From an uncultured virus (IMG/VR IMGVR_UViG_3300030060_004020) (taxonomy: Duplodnaviria; Heunggongvirae; Uroviricota; Caudoviricetes), in IMG/VR virus record IMGVR_UViG_3300030060_004020, positions 58,325 through 78,324 of that record: 20,000 nucleotides of DNA; one strand, 5' to 3'. Position 1 is the first letter of the stretch. Every line of letters starts with the position of its first letter. Under the pieces are notes generated by a model that saw only the letters and a program-made list of their open reading frames with translations, did not search any database and was not told the DNA's origin. Below are positions 17,914 to 20,000 of the stretch, one piece after another. The position numbers were made by a program, and so were the translations under genes.

Positions 17914-18273
17914 ATGCGAAAGATAACAAAAGACGCAGTAAGAGCATTTGAACAGCACAAGAAATTTAAGAGAGGAAATACGACGGTTGAAGTTAGTGAA
18001 AGTAAATTATTTGCCGAACTAAAACTACACGGCAACACAATAGCCAAGAGTGGAGTATTTGAGGGCTTAATGATTTCATCAGCCGGTTGGAATACTGTAA
18101 CAACTAAGGAACGCTTGAACGGCCTTGAAGGTGTAAACATCCATCAAAAGGACTTCACATGGTATCTTAACGGCCGTGAGTGGAATGGTGCTTGGGTTGA
18201 TGTTGGAACTTGGAATTTATTAGATAAATTCCCCAATAAAACCTATAATTATTCGATGCACTACCTTAACTAA
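17914..18273 (+). CDS. Phage hypothetical protein, probably leaderless
   Basis: LHGNxIA, GWxTxTTKERLN and QKDFxWY motifs, recalled from phage hypothetical proteins; ATG 21 nt after TATA. Confidence 0.85.
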   Translation: MRKITKDAVRAFEQHKKFKRGNTTVEVSESKLFAELKLHGNTIAKSGVFEGLMISSAGWNTVTTKERLNGLEGVNIHQKDFTWYLNGREWNGAWVDVGTWNLLDKFPNKTYNYSMHYLN

Positions 18274-18305
18274 TTATGAACTAATATAGTCTGAGGACTA
18301 TAACT

Positions 18306-18345
18306 GCCTTCCTTGCCCTTTCGGGGGCAGGGTTGGCTTTTTTTT
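18306..18345 (+). terminator. GC-rich hairpin with TTCG loop plus T8
   Basis: TGCCCT-TTCG-GGGGCA followed by TTTTTTTT. A further TATAGTC/GACTATA hairpin lies at 18285-18302. Confidence 0.8.
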
Positions 18346-18347
18346 GG

Positions 18348-18428
18348 GGTTGTGAGTAATGTATTTTATAATACTAGGAGAGTATTACTCACAACCATAT
18401 GGTTCACTTTCGGAATACAGATTATATA
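18348..18428 (+). promoter_or_regulatory. Cassette element 5
   Basis: GGTTGTGAGTAAT-N23-ATTACTCACAACC, then ATATGGTTCACTTTCGGAATAC, then ATTATATA. Confidence 0.85.
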
Positions 18429-18448
18429 CCAAACAACAAGGAGGTTAA

Positions 18449-18813
18449 TGTAGGGCGACACCTTCGGGTGGTGCGGTCTTATGAAACATGAGCGAGGCGA
18501 CTGTGCATAGTCGCTACTCTTTGAGTGTAATTAAAACACGATGAACTGTGTTCGCAATAAGGTGAATTAGACCTATCTTTATGTTGAGGTGACGACCTCT
18601 TAACCTGCACGATATTCCAATGGCTATTAGTGGCCATAACACCATTGAGAAACAAAGGCGAAAGTCAAAGTTGAAAATGTAAGACGGCAGGATATAGAAA
18701 GAGATTGTAAGTCATACCAATACTAGTTGGGACTAGTATGACCTCTCATCAAACATGCTAAGTATCACGCATTCCCTTGCTTTGAACGAGTAGCCGGAGT
18801 TTCTCATTTTTTT
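18449..18813 (+). ncRNA. Putative ~360-nt structured non-coding RNA, family unrecognised
   Basis: Has its own promoter element and T-tract, no ORF in the track, and many hairpins (UUCG and GAAA loops). A long-range helix pairs 18646-18653 with 18799-18806. Confidence 0.7.
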
Positions 18814-18818
18814 ATTGA

Positions 18819-18895
18819 GGTTTGGCATCGTTATTATTACTTTACTGGTAGTAATGCCAAACCATATGGTTCACTTTGAGAACTTGAATTATATA
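18819..18895 (+). promoter_or_regulatory. Cassette element 6
   Basis: GGTTTGGCAT-N25-ATGCCAAACC, then ATATGGTTCACTTTGAGAAC, then ATTATATA. Confidence 0.85.
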
Positions 18896-18961
18896 CTATT
18901 AGACAAAGAGAAGTTGCTTCACAGGGTATGAAGTGAACTTACAAACATCGGAGAGATAAAT

Positions 18962-19471
18962 ATGATGGAATATAGTAAATTAATTAGCAAAACAGACGAT
19001 ATATTGACATGGCTTGATGTTAATGATGCAGGTGCTTTAGATAGTGCCATTCGAGGCATCATTGCAGTTGCTAGAGTCGAAGGACAAACAGAAAAACAAT
19101 ACGGTAACTATTGGGGTAGTATTCGCCAAATGTGCGGAAACCTCCCAAACTCACCAATCCGCAAAGGAACACAACCGTCGCTACCTGTAGAAGCACAAGC
19201 AGTTGTGGATTCTGTAATGACTCAAGTGCAAACTGCCTTTGCGGGTATTACTGAAAACACTGACCTACTTCTTGAAGTAGTGCTACCTTTTAGAAATACA
19301 ACTGGTAAAGGATTTGAGTCTATGGATGACCTAGCCGCATATTTGGCGGGTCGAGCCAAAGATGCTTTAGTCAAGGCTCACAAAGATGGTCGTTGGGATG
19401 GTACTCTTAACGATGGACTAACAGGTATGACTCCCCCTCAACCTGCATCAAAGAAGGAGGATAGCGAGTAA
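18962..19471 (+). CDS. Hypothetical protein, paralog of 17198-17674
   Basis: Shared YWxSIRxxCGNxxxSPxRKG and DGxWDGTL. Confidence 0.85.
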   Translation: MMEYSKLISKTDDILTWLDVNDAGALDSAIRGIIAVARVEGQTEKQYGNYWGSIRQMCGNLPNSPIRKGTQPSLPVEAQAVVDSVMTQVQTAFAGITENTDLLLEVVLPFRNTTGKGFESMDDLAAYLAGRAKDALVKAHKDGRWDGTLNDGLTGMTPPQPASKKEDSE

Positions 19472-19482
19472 GGCTAACTGAT

Positions 19483-19622
19483 TACCCTGTGTTGCCCCTC
19501 TACTAAATAAATTCGACAAATTAGCACCCAAAGGACATTACAACTCATACAGTCAAGAGAGTTCACGACTTCTTATGAGATAGTAAAAAATAAAGTGTCC
19601 TTTGGGTGTCTATGCTTTTTTT
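19483..19622 (+). other. Structured 3' UTR / terminator, copy B
   Basis: 19483-19491 pairs with the 5' leader at 18920-18928. Stem 19525-19537 / 19596-19608 encloses an inner CTCATA/TATGAG stem; T-tract follows. Confidence 0.8.
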
Positions 19623-19628
19623 ATGCAG

Positions 19629-19707
19629 GGTTTGAGGCGTAGAATAATATTCAACAAAAGAATGTGCCTCAAACCATATGGTTCACTTTCGGAACACAAT
19701 TGATATA
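19629..19707 (+). promoter_or_regulatory. Cassette element 7
   Basis: GGTTTGAGGC-N27-GCCTCAAACC, then ATATGGTTCACTTTCGGAAC, then TTGATATA. Confidence 0.85.
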
Positions 19708-19727
19708 GGCTATGACATGAAGATACC

Positions 19728-20000
19728 ATGACAGTAATAGATTGGCATGCAGAAGTTAAAGAATATAAAAAACACTATGATGATGATGATGGAATTCATG
19801 AATATGTAGACGGGTTACTCCCTGTATATTTTGGTGACATCAATCAAACATATCATGATGAGATAGGAACACCTCTCACCATTGAGATTGAACATCATCA
19901 TGTCGGCCTTGAGTTTTGGCGTATAATGGTAGGTCATATATTCGAGGCATATCTTGAGAAATTCGTAGAGGCTTGGAATGAATTAGAACAGGAGGAAGAA
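19728..20000 (+). CDS. Ocr-like (T7 gp0.3-like) acidic DNA-mimic protein, truncated by the window edge
   Basis: Manual translation: MTVIDWHAEVKEYKKHYDDDDGIHEYVDGLLPVYFGDINQTYHDEIGTPLTIEIEHHHVGLEFWRIMVGHIFEAYLEKFVEAWNELEQEEE. ATG lies 21 nt after TATA. Confidence 0.65.
   Translation, partial: MTVIDWHAEVKEYKKHYDDDDGIHEYVDGLLPVYFGDINQTYHDEIGTPLTIEIEHHHVGLEFWRIMVGHIFEAYLEKFVEAWNELEQEEE

Noticed and set aside
16913..18140. ORFs 16913-17119 (+), 17131-17370 (-) and 17895-18140 (-)
   Set aside because: They run through a terminator/promoter element or are antisense to better-supported genes.
18440..18545. GGAGGT-ATG and short ORFs at the start of cassette 5
   Set aside because: The ATG is followed immediately by TAG, the SD-like stretch lies upstream of the predicted start site, and the next ORFs are under 20 codons.
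17675..19622. Retron msr/msd or SECIS interpretation of the structured UTRs
   Set aside because: No reverse transcriptase motifs in the window. One paralog ends in TAA and neither has an internal TGA.
15831..19700. CRISPR array interpretation of the recurring ~24-bp motif
   Set aside because: Spacing is 467-812 bp, the intervals contain genes, and no cas genes are visible.

Overview
AT-rich window from a tailed dsDNA virus. The host is probably archaeal, given GGTGA/GGAGGT ribosome-binding sites, TATA-type promoters and leaderless starts; a marine euryarchaeal (Poseidoniales-type) virus is my inference. Two blocks diverge at about 15.7-15.8 kb. The left block (1-15.65 kb, minus strand) is a packaging/virion-type gene block: terminase large subunit, a LAGLIDADG-Nudix multidomain protein, two ~800-aa helical proteins, a tandem Zn/HTH protein, and 14 small, mostly unrelated proteins sharing an N-terminal M-x-W-x-x-I/V-L/I/V-K leader, some joined by short direct repeats. 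The right block (15.8-20 kb, plus strand) is an array of 7 self-contained expression cassettes. Each starts with the palindrome AACCATATGGTT at a fixed distance from a TATA box, and six are preceded by a hairpin of variable sequence but conserved pairing. The six complete cassettes end in a hairpin plus T-tract. Cargo includes an Ocr-like DNA mimic, two paralogous genes enclosed by covarying 5'/3' RNA structures, and an ORF-less, ~360-nt structured RNA. All calls are from visual inspection; no database searches were run.
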